Counted from the first letter of the stretch, positions 20,203 to 30,615 are shown. The stretch is DNA of 64,000 bases from an uncultured Prevotellaceae bacterium (GCA_900319235.1 ONNR01000002.1:165424-229423); one strand, 5' to 3'. Notes: generated by a model from the letters alone, not told the origin. Program-made: numbers and translations.

Positions 20203-21876
20203 TCAGTTGTAACCCTCATTTTGAACAAGGCTCTTATTCACGTTCAAGTCATTCTGTGGAATAGGCCAATAACGATTGTGCGAAGCCCAAGCTCTTTGTT
20301 CAAACTGATAATAACCATCGGCATCACGAGCTGAGTTACCACCATAGTTGTGAGCAGTGGGATCATCGCTCAACATCACGCCGGTGAATGTATGATTGAG
20401 TTCTTTTTCTGCTATTCCCCAACGCAACACGTCGAAGAGACGGAGTCCTTCGAAAGCCAACTCTACACGACGCTCCTTGCGAACGGCATTACGTACGGCC
20501 TGCTGATTCGAAAGCGTGGACTTGTTGAGCCCTGGCAGCAAAGCTCTGTCGCGTACATCGTTGATGGTAAGGTCGAGAAGTGTTTGGTCGACCTCAGCTG
20601 GAGCATACTCGTTCACAGCTTCTAGATAGCTCAGCAACACTTCGGCATAACGAATGACAGGGACATACACGTAAGCACTCCAAATGTCTTCGTTCGATGG
20701 ATCAAGGCCCTTCTTGGGGCAATAACCATTGAAAAGGTTGAACTTGTTGTATGCATCGCTACTTGATCCACCATTGTAACAGTCGTAGATTTGACCTTTA
20801 AACTCGGTCCCAGGATAACTACCTAGGGGAGGAAGGAATACCGAAGCGTAGAGACGAATGTCGCGATTGGCATAGGGGTCAGCCTTATCATAGAGGGGCG
20901 ACTCTTCGATGCTAAGGCCATCGCTACAGAAATAATCCTTGACCAATTCGTTATAGACTGCGAACTGATGCCAACCACCATATGTCTCAGGCGTGAGATA
21001 AATGTAGCGTGACCATGTGTACTTGCCCTTGGAACCATTGATGAAAAATAATTGTTCCTTGCTGTTCTCTCCTCCATACCAGAAGAGTTTTTCATAGCTA
21101 TCAGCGCCATGGCTCCGGTCAATCTCATATTTGCCCGAGTTGATGATTGAACGATATTGATTAGCTGCATCAGACCAACGCTCTTCGGCCAGATAGAGAC
21201 GGCCGAGTAAGGCACGAGCTGCACCCTGGGTATAACGACCATAGTCGGACGATGGATGTTCAAGAGGCAGAAGTTCGATAGCTTCAAGCAGGTCTTTCTC
21301 ACACTGATCATAAACCTGCTGCTGAGGCGTTTGCTCAATCGTGTTGGCTTGCTCGATGTTGAGCGTAGTGAGCGGCATAGGAACATTCTTGTAGTGGAAG
21401 GCAAGTTTCATCAAGAAGGAAGCCCTGATGCACTTTGCTTCGGCAGCCCAAGCCTTAATCTTGTCTTCGCTCATCTTGCATGATTCGATGTTATCGAGGA
21501 AGGTATTGCAATTGGCGATGTTGGTATATGCATTTGACCAATAATAACGGAGATTGCTATTGGTAGCCAAGGTGTTGGTGCTGCACATCAGGGAAGTGAA
21601 GTTCTCTTTCTCGGTGCCGTTGCCGCCAGCGAAGTCCAAGTAGAGCATTCCTTGAGGAGAATCGAAGTTGTCGTGATTCCAGCCATGCGATGAGGTGTAG
21701 CATCCTACCAAGGCGAGCATGGCATCGCTTTCACCAGTCCAGAAGTTGCTGTTAGAGATTTCTGAGGGAGGGTTCTTCTCCAACAGGTCATCAGAACAAC
21801 TGCCCAGCACAACCATGGCTATCATTGCAAGGGCGAGAGCCCTAAATATATTGCGAATTGAATTATAGGTTTTCAT
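20203..21876 (-). CDS. RagB/SusD family lipoprotein
   Basis: Lipobox LGSC, IRYAEVLLSYLEA, ERRVELAFEGLR..D..RW, WPIPQ....N..L.QNEGY. Confidence 0.95.
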   Translation of the reverse strand: MKTYNSIRNIFRALALAMIAMVVLGSCSDDLLEKNPPSEISNSNFWTGESDAMLALVGCYTSSHGWNHDNFDSPQGMLYLDFAGGNGTEKENFTSLMCSTNTLATNSNLRYYWSNAYTNIANCNTFLDNIESCKMSEDKIKAWAAEAKCIRASFLMKLAFHYKNVPMPLTTLNIEQANTIEQTPQQQVYDQCEKDLLEAIELLPLEHPSSDYGRYTQGAARALLGRLYLAEERWSDAANQYRSIINSGKYEIDRSHGADSYEKLFWYGGENSKEQLFFINGSKGKYTWSRYIYLTPETYGGWHQFAVYNELVKDYFCSDGLSIEESPLYDKADPYANRDIRLYASVFLPPLGSYPGTEFKGQIYDCYNGGSSSDAYNKFNLFNGYCPKKGLDPSNEDIWSAYVYVPVIRYAEVLLSYLEAVNEYAPAEVDQTLLDLTINDVRDRALLPGLNKSTLSNQQAVRNAVRKERRVELAFEGLRLFDVLRWGIAEKELNHTFTGVMLSDDPTAHNYGGNSARDADGYYQFEQRAWASHNRYWPIPQNDLNVNKSLVQNEGYN

Positions 21877-21902
21877 AACTGAAATGTCTTAATGGATTAA
21901 AC

Positions 21903-24900
21903 TTAGAACTTGACATTCAAGCCGAATGAATATATTCTGGTGATAGGATAATAAGATGGAGCATCGCCGGTACCTATTTCGTTTTCGGGATCCCATCCCT
22001 TGTAGAATGAACTAAATGTGAAGAGGTTCTGTCCGCTGAAGAAGAGTCGAACATTCTCGATGCCTATTTTTCGAACCTTCTGTTTAGGCAAAGAGTACCC
22101 CAATTGGATGTTCTTGCAGCGCAGATAACTTGCATTGCGCACCCAGTAGTCGGAGGTCTGCGCATTCACATGGTTCATATTCATTGTCTCGATGCGTGGG
22201 TATTCTGCCCACTTGTTTGGATTGGCTTCAGTCCAAGCACCATCAGCTTGCCATTTTTGTATTTGTCCACCGTTATAGAACGCGTAAGCCATATACGAAC
22301 CAATCAGACGCTTATGGCCACCCAGTCCCTGGAAAAGAATCGACAGATCCAGTCCTTTGTAAGACGCTGAGAGATTAAGTCCATAGTAGAACTTGGGAGT
22401 CATCGAACCCAGTACCTTGCGGTCTTCATTGGCGGTTACCTTGCCATCGCCGTCAATATCCTTGTAGCGAACATAGCCTGGCTTGAGACTAGACTTCCCT
22501 ACAAGCTGTTCGGGAGCAGAATTAATTTCGGCCTGATCAACAAAAAGCCCCTCGGTCTCATAGCCGTAGATGATGCCAATAGGCTCGCCAACGATGCGGT
22601 TATTGTTGATGTCCTCCTTGGCTCCATCAGCAAGTTCTTCAACAGCATTCTTCACATAAGTGAAATTGGGAGCAATGCTATACTCGAAATTGTTGCCAAT
22701 GCGACCTTTCCAGTTGAGTTCTATCTCGATACCCTTGTTGGAAACAGCACCTACATTGGATTGTCCAATCCCGCGGCCCATAATTGTAGCTACTTCGACC
22801 GAAGCAAGAATGTCGCTTGTATACTTGTTGAAATAATCTACGGTGCCGCTCAATTTCCCGCCAAACAAGCCGAAGTCAACACCTACATCAAAGATACTGG
22901 TACGCTCCCAAGTGACTTCTTCATTCTTGTAAGTTGCACTATAGGCGCCCGATACCAATGATCCACCTAACACATAATTCTGACCAAGCGAGTAGGTCTG
23001 CTGATAGGGATAAACGTCAATATTCTGATTGCCAAGCACACCTTCTGATACACGAATCTTCAGATTGTCGAACCAGGATGCAATGGCAGCATCCTTCCAG
23101 AATGCTTCTTCCGAAACACGCCAACCTACAGAGACGGAGGGGAAGACGCCCCAACGCTTGCCATCGGCAAAACGCGAAGAACCGTCGGCACGTACATTGG
23201 CCTCGAGAAGATAGCGATCCTTGAACGAATAGTTTACCCTGCCGAAGAACGACAACAACGTGTATTCAGTCAGTGAACTTCCGTTGGTAGATGTCGAAGC
23301 ATCGCCTGAAGAGAGTTCGTAGAGATAGTTATTGGGGAATGTGGTTCGATAGCCATTCATGCCCTTGTTCTGTGTCTGTTCGAGAGAAGTGCCAAACAGG
23401 GCATTCAGTGAATGGTCAGATACTTTGAGTTCATAGTTAGCCAATGCCTCAACATCAGTGTATAAATTATTGGAGCTGTTGACCGAAAGGGAATTGGGGC
23501 CGATGCTCTTGTTTTCGTCAAACTGTGCAGTCGATTTGAACGTCTTGTTGTAGGATGTGTAATAATTGGTGCCTGCTTTCCCAGTTAAAGAGAGACCCTT
23601 GATAGGAGTCTTCCACTTCAGCTGTGCCGATGCTGAGATGTTGGTGGAATAATTCTTGACGAACGACTCACTATCGAGCCATCCTTCGGGACAGTAGTCA
23701 TCTTGATATCCGTAAGTGCCATCACTCTTCTTGCCGGCAATGATGGGAGTCTCACGAACGGCATAGCCAATGATGCCGTCGATACTGCCTGAGCCGTAAG
23801 GAGCACCATACCTATTGCGATAAGCGTTGAGGTTGAAGGTGAGAGTGAGATTATCGTTCAGCTCGCTTTTCATCGTAAATAGGGCAGTGAGGCGCCTATT
23901 CTGTGTTTGTGCTGTTAAACCATTCTGGTCGCGCAAACCGACAGAAAGATTATAGGTGGTATTGCCACTGCCACCCTGCACACCGATGTTGTGCTGCTGC
24001 TGGAATCCTGAACCACTATCAAGAAGCCACTTGAGGTGGTTGACGTTAGGGTAATTGTCAGGATCATTGCCGTTGCGGTACTTCTGGATATCGTCAGCTG
24101 AATAGACTTCTGCCCTGCCCATATTGGTCATTGCCATATTATAATAGGTGGCGTAGTCGGCTGACTCAAGGAATTCGGGCAGTTCGTTGGCAGTCTGCCA
24201 GCCGAACATATTGCTGTATGTCACATGCGTTTTGCCTTGTGTGCCCTTCTTGGTCTCGATGAGGATCACACCATTGGCTGCACGATTGCCGTAGATTGAG
24301 GCCGAAGCGGCATCCTTGAGGAACGAGATGCTCTGAATGTCATTGGCATCGACATCGTCAATGCTTCCAGCCAATCCATCGATGAGGATAAGAGGGTCAT
24401 TGCCTGCCGAAGAGAAGGTGCCCGTACCACGTATTTTGATGGAAGCGCCAGCGCCAGGACGACCAGAATTGGCAACAACACTAAGACCTGGGGCCACACC
24501 TGCCAGAGCCTGAGCGGTGCTCATCACTGGTTTGTTCTCCAATTCCCTTGAGGTAATAGCAGAAACCGAACCAGTGAGGTCTACTTTGCGCTGTACGCCA
24601 TAACCTACGACAACTACATCGTCGAGCAACTGAGAATCTTCGGTCATGGTGACATTGACTGCGCGGCGACCATCAATGGAGATGTCTTGCGAAGTGTATC
24701 CGATGTAAGAATATTGCAACACCTTACAGTTGTCGGGCACTTCGAGTGAATAGTTGCCATTAATGTCGGTTACTGTACCGAACTGAGTGCCTTTGGCTAA
24801 GACGGTAGCACCAGCAACAGGTTCACCAAACTCATCGAGGATGGTACCAGTCACAATATGGCCTTTGCGTGGGGCATCAGCTTTCTTGATAATGATGTGT

Positions 24901-25184
24901 TTGCCTTTCACTTCACAGGTCAGACCTGTCCCGGTAAGTATATCTTCTATGGCGGAACCGATGTTCCCGTCAATATCGTGGGCTTTGACGGCGACGTTAA
25001 CATCGATGTCCGATGCGTCATAATCCACCGAGTAGCCCGATTGCCTTTCGATGGCAGAGATGACAGCTCGCAGAGTGTTTTCCTGAGGGGAAAATCTTAC
25101 AGTTTGTGCCCAGATGGCAACGGGGGCCATCATGCATAGCGAGGCAATGACGAAGCCTCGGCTCAAGTAGTGATTTTTGTTCAT
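21903..25184 (-). CDS. SusC/RagA TonB-dependent transporter with N-terminal STN signalling domain
   Basis: STN-like N-terminus, VVVVGYG.Q, LKDAASASIYG.RAANGVILIETK, RADGSSRF, C-terminal Phe. Confidence 0.96.
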   Translation of the reverse strand: MNKNHYLSRGFVIASLCMMAPVAIWAQTVRFSPQENTLRAVISAIERQSGYSVDYDASDIDVNVAVKAHDIDGNIGSAIEDILTGTGLTCEVKGKHIIIKKADAPRKGHIVTGTILDEFGEPVAGATVLAKGTQFGTVTDINGNYSLEVPDNCKVLQYSYIGYTSQDISIDGRRAVNVTMTEDSQLLDDVVVVGYGVQRKVDLTGSVSAITSRELENKPVMSTAQALAGVAPGLSVVANSGRPGAGASIKIRGTGTFSSAGNDPLILIDGLAGSIDDVDANDIQSISFLKDAASASIYGNRAANGVILIETKKGTQGKTHVTYSNMFGWQTANELPEFLESADYATYYNMAMTNMGRAEVYSADDIQKYRNGNDPDNYPNVNHLKWLLDSGSGFQQQHNIGVQGGSGNTTYNLSVGLRDQNGLTAQTQNRRLTALFTMKSELNDNLTLTFNLNAYRNRYGAPYGSGSIDGIIGYAVRETPIIAGKKSDGTYGYQDDYCPEGWLDSESFVKNYSTNISASAQLKWKTPIKGLSLTGKAGTNYYTSYNKTFKSTAQFDENKSIGPNSLSVNSSNNLYTDVEALANYELKVSDHSLNALFGTSLEQTQNKGMNGYRTTFPNNYLYELSSGDASTSTNGSSLTEYTLLSFFGRVNYSFKDRYLLEANVRADGSSRFADGKRWGVFPSVSVGWRVSEEAFWKDAAIASWFDNLKIRVSEGVLGNQNIDVYPYQQTYSLGQNYVLGGSLVSGAYSATYKNEEVTWERTSIFDVGVDFGLFGGKLSGTVDYFNKYTSDILASVEVATIMGRGIGQSNVGAVSNKGIEIELNWKGRIGNNFEYSIAPNFTYVKNAVEELADGAKEDINNNRIVGEPIGIIYGYETEGLFVDQAEINSAPEQLVGKSSLKPGYVRYKDIDGDGKVTANEDRKVLGSMTPKFYYGLNLSASYKGLDLSILFQGLGGHKRLIGSYMAYAFYNGGQIQKWQADGAWTEANPNKWAEYPRIETMNMNHVNAQTSDYWVRNASYLRCKNIQLGYSLPKQKVRKIGIENVRLFFSGQNLFTFSSFYKGWDPENEIGTGDAPSYYPITRIYSFGLNVKF

Positions 25185-25256
25185 CTGATTTGTTGTTTAT
25201 GTTAATTAACTCGTGTGTCGTGTTGTGATGGTTATGGCAGGTCGGCAATCTGCCTT

Positions 25257-25293
25257 TTCACAAACAAGAAAGCAAGAGTTATGGGCACACACA
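25257..25293 (-). promoter_or_regulatory. Putative ECF-sigma promoter of susC
   Basis: TGTGTG-N14-GCTTTCTTGTTTGTGAA, matching the motif upstream of fecR. Confidence 0.55.
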
Positions 25294-25327
25294 AACGAAA
25301 ATCATTTTTTTTTGTTTTTTATCGAAA

Positions 25328-26341
25328 TTATTTAGTAGGCGACAAATAGATTGTATCGCCTTCTTCCCTATAGGTGAATCGCTGGCTAAGGTTGCCCAAA
25401 ATATCCAAAGCGTCGTGAAGCGTTTCATCAGCGCGGAACTTGACAAAGAACTTGCCATTCATTCTTTCAATATGGTCACAGATAATGGTCACGTTATACT
25501 TGCGTTCCAAGGCTTGGAGGATGGTCTTGAAGTCCTCTCCTTCGAAGATCAGGTTGCCTTTTTCCCAAGACAGGCGTCGGCTTGCATCTATTTCGGTGAC
25601 GGATACTTCTCCGGTTGCCTTGTTGTATACAAGGTTCTGATTGGGCGACATTATGTATGTGCGGCCTGAGGTCTTGGCCTCGGCCTCCACAATCACTACT
25701 TTGGTGCGACCTTCTTCGAGCACGGTGCTCACCGTACGGGCATCAGGGTAGGCTTGTACCTCGAACTTCGTTCCTAATGCTGTAACGTTGATGCTTTGAG
25801 TTTCTACTGTGAAGGGGCGTTTCTCGTCTCGAGTGACATCGAAATTAGCCTCGCCCGACAAGAAGACGTTTCGCTTTCCTTTGCCAAAGCGACGTGGATA
25901 GATAAGTGTCGTACCGGCATTGATGGTCACTCGTGTACTGTCCTCGAGGCAAAGGAATTTGGTCTGCCCGTAAGGAACACTGATATGCACGAACTCGTCA
26001 CCCATGTCAGAGCGGGAACTTCCAATAAAATAGGATGCGACTGCCAGCACAGCCATCAAGCCGATGGCAGCGGCTGCCGACCAATATTTACGGCGCTTTG
26101 ATGGTCGGTCGGTTGAGCTGTTATTGTAGCCGATTCTGGACTTCAAGGCTTCCAGATCTTTTAGTGTCTGCATGTCTATTCCCGCCATACTTTCTTCCCA
26201 AAGGTGCTGCATGGCTTCGTCCTTGGCATTGTCTTCATCTGAAGAGTTGACCATCCACCACGCGAACTTGCGACGTGTGGATTCAGAGAAATGACTGTGG
26301 AAGTAAGTCCTTATGATTTTTTCTATATTCAATTTGCTCAT
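25328..26341 (-). CDS. FecR-family anti-sigma factor
   Basis: TM helix, L.DST.VTINAGT.L.YP..F, LSGEANFDV, ALGTKF.V, W..G.L.F. Confidence 0.92.
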   Translation of the reverse strand: MSKLNIEKIIRTYFHSHFSESTRRKFAWWMVNSSDEDNAKDEAMQHLWEESMAGIDMQTLKDLEALKSRIGYNNSSTDRPSKRRKYWSAAAAIGLMAVLAVASYFIGSSRSDMGDEFVHISVPYGQTKFLCLEDSTRVTINAGTTLIYPRRFGKGKRNVFLSGEANFDVTRDEKRPFTVETQSINVTALGTKFEVQAYPDARTVSTVLEEGRTKVVIVEAEAKTSGRTYIMSPNQNLVYNKATGEVSVTEIDASRRLSWEKGNLIFEGEDFKTILQALERKYNVTIICDHIERMNGKFFVKFRADETLHDALDILGNLSQRFTYREEGDTIYLSPTK

Positions 26342-26351
26342 TTTTGCTTCG

Positions 26352-26388
26352 TTCATAAGTAAGAAAGCTAAATGATGGTTTGCACACA
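26352..26388 (-). promoter_or_regulatory. Putative ECF-sigma promoter of fecR
   Basis: TGTGTG-N14-GCTTTCTTACTTATGAA. Confidence 0.55.
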
Positions 26389-26403
26389 AGGGATTGAATT
26401 ATT

Positions 26404-26961
26404 TCATACTCCCCAAAGCAGGAGGGCGAGGAAGGTTACCTTGCGTATTGCTGCCAATGCGGTGGTAATGTGGTTTTCTACAGTGCGTTTGCTAATGCCA
26501 AGCTTTTGGGCTATTTCCTCGTTCGACAACCCCTCCTTACGGCTCATCTCAAAGACGCGTCGTCGTTGTTCGGGCATATTCTTTATTGTAAGTTCAATGA
26601 GTTGCAGAAGTTCTTGGGCAAAAAGCCGTTCTTCAGTGTCATCGGTCTCTGTGGGGGTATATAACATCAATTCCACATACTTGTCGGCAACAAGCTGATG
26701 GTCGAAGTGGTTGTAGATGGCAAACTTGGCCGTCTTGAAGAGGAAGGCCTTGAAGGAAAGTATCTCTCCGCATCTTTGTCTGTTTTCCCATAGTCTCAGA
26801 AAGATGTCCTGGCTTATGTCGCGAGCTTCCTCGACATCCTTAATGAAGCCGTTGATAAATGCTACCAGACGTGGCTGATAATAAAGGAACAACAGTTCGA
26901 AGGCTCGATTGTTTCCATTCGCAAATGCTTGGATGTATTCTTTTTCTTCGGTATCTGTCAT
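26404..26961 (-). CDS. ECF RNA polymerase sigma-70 factor (Bacteroides expansion type)
   Basis: ARDISQDIFLRLWENR, MPEQRRRVFEMSR.EGLSNEEIA..LGISKRTVENHI; start reassigned to ATG 26961. Confidence 0.93.
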   Translation of the reverse strand: MTDTEEKEYIQAFANGNNRAFELLFLYYQPRLVAFINGFIKDVEEARDISQDIFLRLWENRQRCGEILSFKAFLFKTAKFAIYNHFDHQLVADKYVELMLYTPTETDDTEERLFAQELLQLIELTIKNMPEQRRRVFEMSRKEGLSNEEIAQKLGISKRTVENHITTALAAIRKVTFLALLLWGV

Positions 26962-27133
26962 GAGTGTTACGCGATAAGATCGGGTGTTTCCATCGTTTTC
27001 TTTCGGCAAAGATATGGTAAATAAATGAATTGACAAAATATTTGAGAGAAAATGTGATGTAATTTCATATTTTTCAAGTCTTCATGTCGCTGAATTCCTA
27101 CTCAAGATAAAGAAACTTTGTTTTCTGTCAGAA

Positions 27134-27540
27134 GCAAGCATTGTGTCGGCCGACAGAATGCTATCTCCGATTGCGGAAGCATCGTGACGGCCGACAGAGT
27201 GTAATTTCCGATTGGAGCAAGCACTCTGACGGCCGACAGAGTGCAATTTCTGATTGGAGCAAGCATCGTGACGGCCGACAGAGTGCAATTTCTGATTGGA
27301 GCAAGCATTGTGACGGCCGGCAGAGTGCAATTCCCGATTGGAGCAAGCATCGTGACGGCCGACAGAGTGCAATTCCCGATTGGAGCAAGCATCGTGACGG
27401 CCGACAGAGTGCAATTTCCGATTGGAACAAGCATCGTGACGGCCGACAAAGTGCAATTCCCGATTGGAACAAGCATCGTGACGGCCGACAAAGTGTAATA
27501 TCCAATTGCGCAAGTATTCTGTCGGCCGTCAGAGTACTTC
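27134..27540. repeat. Tandem array of ten 41-42-bp units with palindromic core
   Basis: Unit GCAAGCATCGTGACGGCCGACAGAGTGCAATTTCCGATTGGA; CGGCCG cores at 27147, 27188, 27230, 27272, 27314, 27356, 27398, 27440, 27482, 27523. Confidence 0.97.
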
Positions 27541-27702
27541 ATCCGAATAGAGATAGTTCATGTCGCAAGTGGACATGACAAATTATACTAAAAATGAGTG
27601 AACTGCAACAAAAAACGAATGCATCTATTTTGCCGATTCGAAATAATTATTATCTTTGCCCCAGATAACCGTAAAAACACAACACTTTAAAAGGAGAATA
27701 CT

Positions 27703-28809
27703 ATGAAAGTTGGAATTCCAAAAGAAATCAAGCAGGGCGAGAGCCGTGTCGGTATGACGCCCGCAGGAGTGTCAGAATTTGTGAAACGTGGACACACCGT
27801 CTATGTGCAGCATACGGCGGGTGACGGTAGCGGTTTCCCTGACAAGGAATATGAGGAAGCTGGTGCTTCGATCTTGCCAACGATGGAAGAGGTTTATGCT
27901 GCTTCTGATATGATTGTGAAAGTCAAGGAACCCATCGCCCCCGAGTACCCGTTGATTCGCAAGGATCAGATTGTCTTCACCTATTTCCATTTTGCGTGCG
28001 AGCGTGAACTCACCGATGCCATGTTGAAGAGTGGTGCAGTCTGCATCGCCTATGAGACCGTGCAGAAGGCCGATCGCAGTCTTCCTTTGCTCATTCCGAT
28101 GAGTGAGGTGGCTGGACGTATGGCTACGCTCAACGGAGCCTACTATCTGCAGAAGACCAAGGGCGGCAAGGGCAAACTCATCAGCGCTGTGCCAGGTGTA
28201 GAGCCTGCTCGTGTGCTCGTCTTGGGAGGAGGTACGGTAGGAGAGGCCGCTGCTCGCATGGCTGCAGGCTTGGGTGCAAGTGTCATCATTGCCGACATCA
28301 ACCTGCCACGCCTGCGTCAGCTCGGCATGGAGTTGCCGCCCAATGTTCACACCATTTATTCCACCGAACACAATATCCGCAAGCTTTTGCCGACGGTCGA
28401 TATTGTAGTTGGTTCGGTGCTCATTCCGGGAGCCAAGTGCCCGCATCTGATCACACGCGACATGTTGAAACTGATGGAGCCCGGCTCGGTACTCGTCGAT
28501 GTTGCTATCGACCAGGGAGGTTGCTTCGAGACATCAAGGCCCACTACACACGAGGATCCTGTCTATACGGTCGATGGTATCGTCCACTACTGCGTGGCCA
28601 ACATCCCAGGCGCCGTGTCGCATACCTCAACCTTGGCGCTAACCAATGCCACACTGCGCTATGCTCTCGCATTGGCCGACAAGGGCTGGCAGCAGGCTTG
28701 CCGCGAAGACCACGCGCTCTATCTTGGCCTCAATGTAGTCGATGGCAAGGTCACCTTCAAGGCTGTCGCCGAGGCGTTCGGAATGAAGTTTGAGCCGGTG
28801 GAGCTTTGA
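27703..28809 (+). CDS. ald: Alanine dehydrogenase
   Basis: MKVGIPKEIK..E.RV, KVKEP, FTYFH, PMSEVAGR, DVAIDQGGCFETS, YCVANIPGAV. Confidence 0.96.
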   Translation: MKVGIPKEIKQGESRVGMTPAGVSEFVKRGHTVYVQHTAGDGSGFPDKEYEEAGASILPTMEEVYAASDMIVKVKEPIAPEYPLIRKDQIVFTYFHFACERELTDAMLKSGAVCIAYETVQKADRSLPLLIPMSEVAGRMATLNGAYYLQKTKGGKGKLISAVPGVEPARVLVLGGGTVGEAAARMAAGLGASVIIADINLPRLRQLGMELPPNVHTIYSTEHNIRKLLPTVDIVVGSVLIPGAKCPHLITRDMLKLMEPGSVLVDVAIDQGGCFETSRPTTHEDPVYTVDGIVHYCVANIPGAVSHTSTLALTNATLRYALALADKGWQQACREDHALYLGLNVVDGKVTFKAVAEAFGMKFEPVEL

Positions 28810-28819
28810 CCTCATTTTT

Positions 28820-28866
28820 TCTAGAGGATCTAGATGTTCTAGAAGCTCTAGATATTCTAGGCTCTA
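28820..28866. repeat. 9-bp-period TCTAGA short tandem repeat
   Basis: TCTAG at 28820, 28829, 28838, 28847, 28856. Confidence 0.85.
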
Positions 28867-28879
28867 ATGGAAACAAAAT

Positions 28880-28914
28880 ATTAGCGGCCCGATGGATTCC
28901 ATCAGGCCGCTAAT
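28880..28914. terminator. Terminator hairpin between convergent ald and phosphatase genes
   Basis: ATTAGCGGCC..GGCCGCTAAT inverted repeat. Confidence 0.75.
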
Positions 28915-28934
28915 GATTTTCAGATAGTCTTTTT

Positions 28935-30416
28935 TTACTTCATTGCCTTGGCATTGCCGATGCAGGAGTTAGGCATCTGGATATGGAGCATTTCACAGAT
29001 GGTTGGTGCGATGTCCACGATGTTGGTGGGCTCGGAGGTCTCGCCATGATTGACGTGCCAGCCAAAGAGGACGAATGGGATGTGGGCATCGTAGGGGTTC
29101 CACATACCGTGGGTGGTACCAACATAGTCGGGCTTGTCACTTACGTTCTCCCAACCAGCCTTTGCAACATAGAAGATATCGCCGCTGCGTGCGGGATTGT
29201 AGCCGTTGGCGATGCGTTCGCGCAAGAGCTTTGGCATAGTAGTGGTGAGTGCCTTCTCGAAATCGACCACATAGATCAGTTCATCGATTTTCTTGAGTTC
29301 CTCGATGACGGCCTGCTTTACCTCGCAAAGTTTCTTGCCACTGGAAGCAATGTACGCGCGATTGAGGAAGATGCGTCCGGCATTTTCGCCCAGGATGACC
29401 TTCTCTTCGCCCGCGAGTTCGAACTTTGCTTTGACAGTCTCCTCGACCACTTTCAACTTGTTCCACATCTCCAAACCACCCGAAGGAATGTTGTGAGCCT
29501 TCATCACGTTGGGGTTGTGGGCTGCACCATGGTCGGCCGAGAGGAACAAGAGGTAGTTGCCCTTGCCCACCTTCTCGTCGAGCACCTTGAAGAAGTTGGC
29601 CAGCTGGCGGTCGAGTTCCATATATACAGCGTAGTTTTCGGGACCACGTGTGCCGATGGCATGGCCGATGACGTCGGTCGAAGAGATGCTGATGGCCAGC
29701 ATATCGGTGATGTTGTCCTGTCCCATCTGCTCGTTCTCGAGCGCAGCGATAGCCATCTGGAAAGTCTTGATGACGCCCTCGGGTGAGCGCTTGATATCGG
29801 TACCAGGCTTTACGCCAATCTTCTTGTTCATCTCCTGCGCCCACTTGGGCAGCTCGTTCATATAGTAGGTCGAGCTGACGAAATGTCCGGCCGAGCCATC
29901 CCACCAGTAGGCAGCATCGGCGCCATGGCCGGCAGGCAGAATGGCAGCACGGTCCTTCAAGGCCACACCGATGACCTTGGCCTTGTAGTCGGTAGCGATT
30001 TTCAGCACGTCGCCGATGCCCGAGGCCAGATTGTTGCGGGGTGACATCTGTCCTTCCTTGCTGTCAGAACCGACACTCTGCACGGTTTCGTCGCCACAGC
30101 AATAGGTGCGCTTTCCGTTGATATAGAAATCGTTGCCGCAGATGCCGTGCAGGGCAGGTGTAGTGCCCGTATAGATGCTCGTGTGACCAATGGCAGTAAC
30201 TGTAGGCACGTAGTTGATCATGGTGTTCTCGAAGCTGAAACCCTCGTCGACGAGTTTGCGGAGACCGCCCTCGCCATATTGGTCATAATAATAATAGAGG
30301 TAGTCCCAACGCATCTGGTCCACCACGAGACCTACCACAAGCTTGGGCCGCTGAATTTCGGCCATTGCTGATACGCATACCAGCGCAGCAACAATCATTG
30401 AAAACAGTTTTCTCAT
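28935..30416 (-). CDS. Alkaline phosphatase, PafA type
   Basis: RPKLVVGLVVDQMRWDYL, PTVTAIGH (Thr nucleophile), KDRAAIL, D.IGH, ADHG, TTHG. Confidence 0.92.
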   Translation of the reverse strand: MRKLFSMIVAALVCVSAMAEIQRPKLVVGLVVDQMRWDYLYYYYDQYGEGGLRKLVDEGFSFENTMINYVPTVTAIGHTSIYTGTTPALHGICGNDFYINGKRTYCCGDETVQSVGSDSKEGQMSPRNNLASGIGDVLKIATDYKAKVIGVALKDRAAILPAGHGADAAYWWDGSAGHFVSSTYYMNELPKWAQEMNKKIGVKPGTDIKRSPEGVIKTFQMAIAALENEQMGQDNITDMLAISISSTDVIGHAIGTRGPENYAVYMELDRQLANFFKVLDEKVGKGNYLLFLSADHGAAHNPNVMKAHNIPSGGLEMWNKLKVVEETVKAKFELAGEEKVILGENAGRIFLNRAYIASSGKKLCEVKQAVIEELKKIDELIYVVDFEKALTTTMPKLLRERIANGYNPARSGDIFYVAKAGWENVSDKPDYVGTTHGMWNPYDAHIPFVLFGWHVNHGETSEPTNIVDIAPTICEMLHIQMPNSCIGNAKAMK

Positions 30417-30615
30417 TTCTTTTGGAATTATAGGGTTATTATAGTTACTAAAATTATAATAAGGATTTCAGGTTGTTTTTATTTGGTGCAAAAATACGGA
30501 CTTTTTTCGATTCTTCCAAATATTTTGCGTGAAAATTTGTTTTTGCAAAAAAAACTATCTATCTTTGCGCGGACAAATAATGTCTTTGCAACATAAATTA
30601 TTATCATAACAACCT

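Noticed and set aside
27134-27540. CRISPR or other spacer-containing guide array
   Set aside because: Units are near-identical along their whole length with no unique spacers, and no cas or other effector gene is adjacent.
27082-27578. Five overlapping repetitive ORFs over the array
   Set aside because: A 42-bp unit lacking stops in several frames produces these automatically; there is no evidence of coding.
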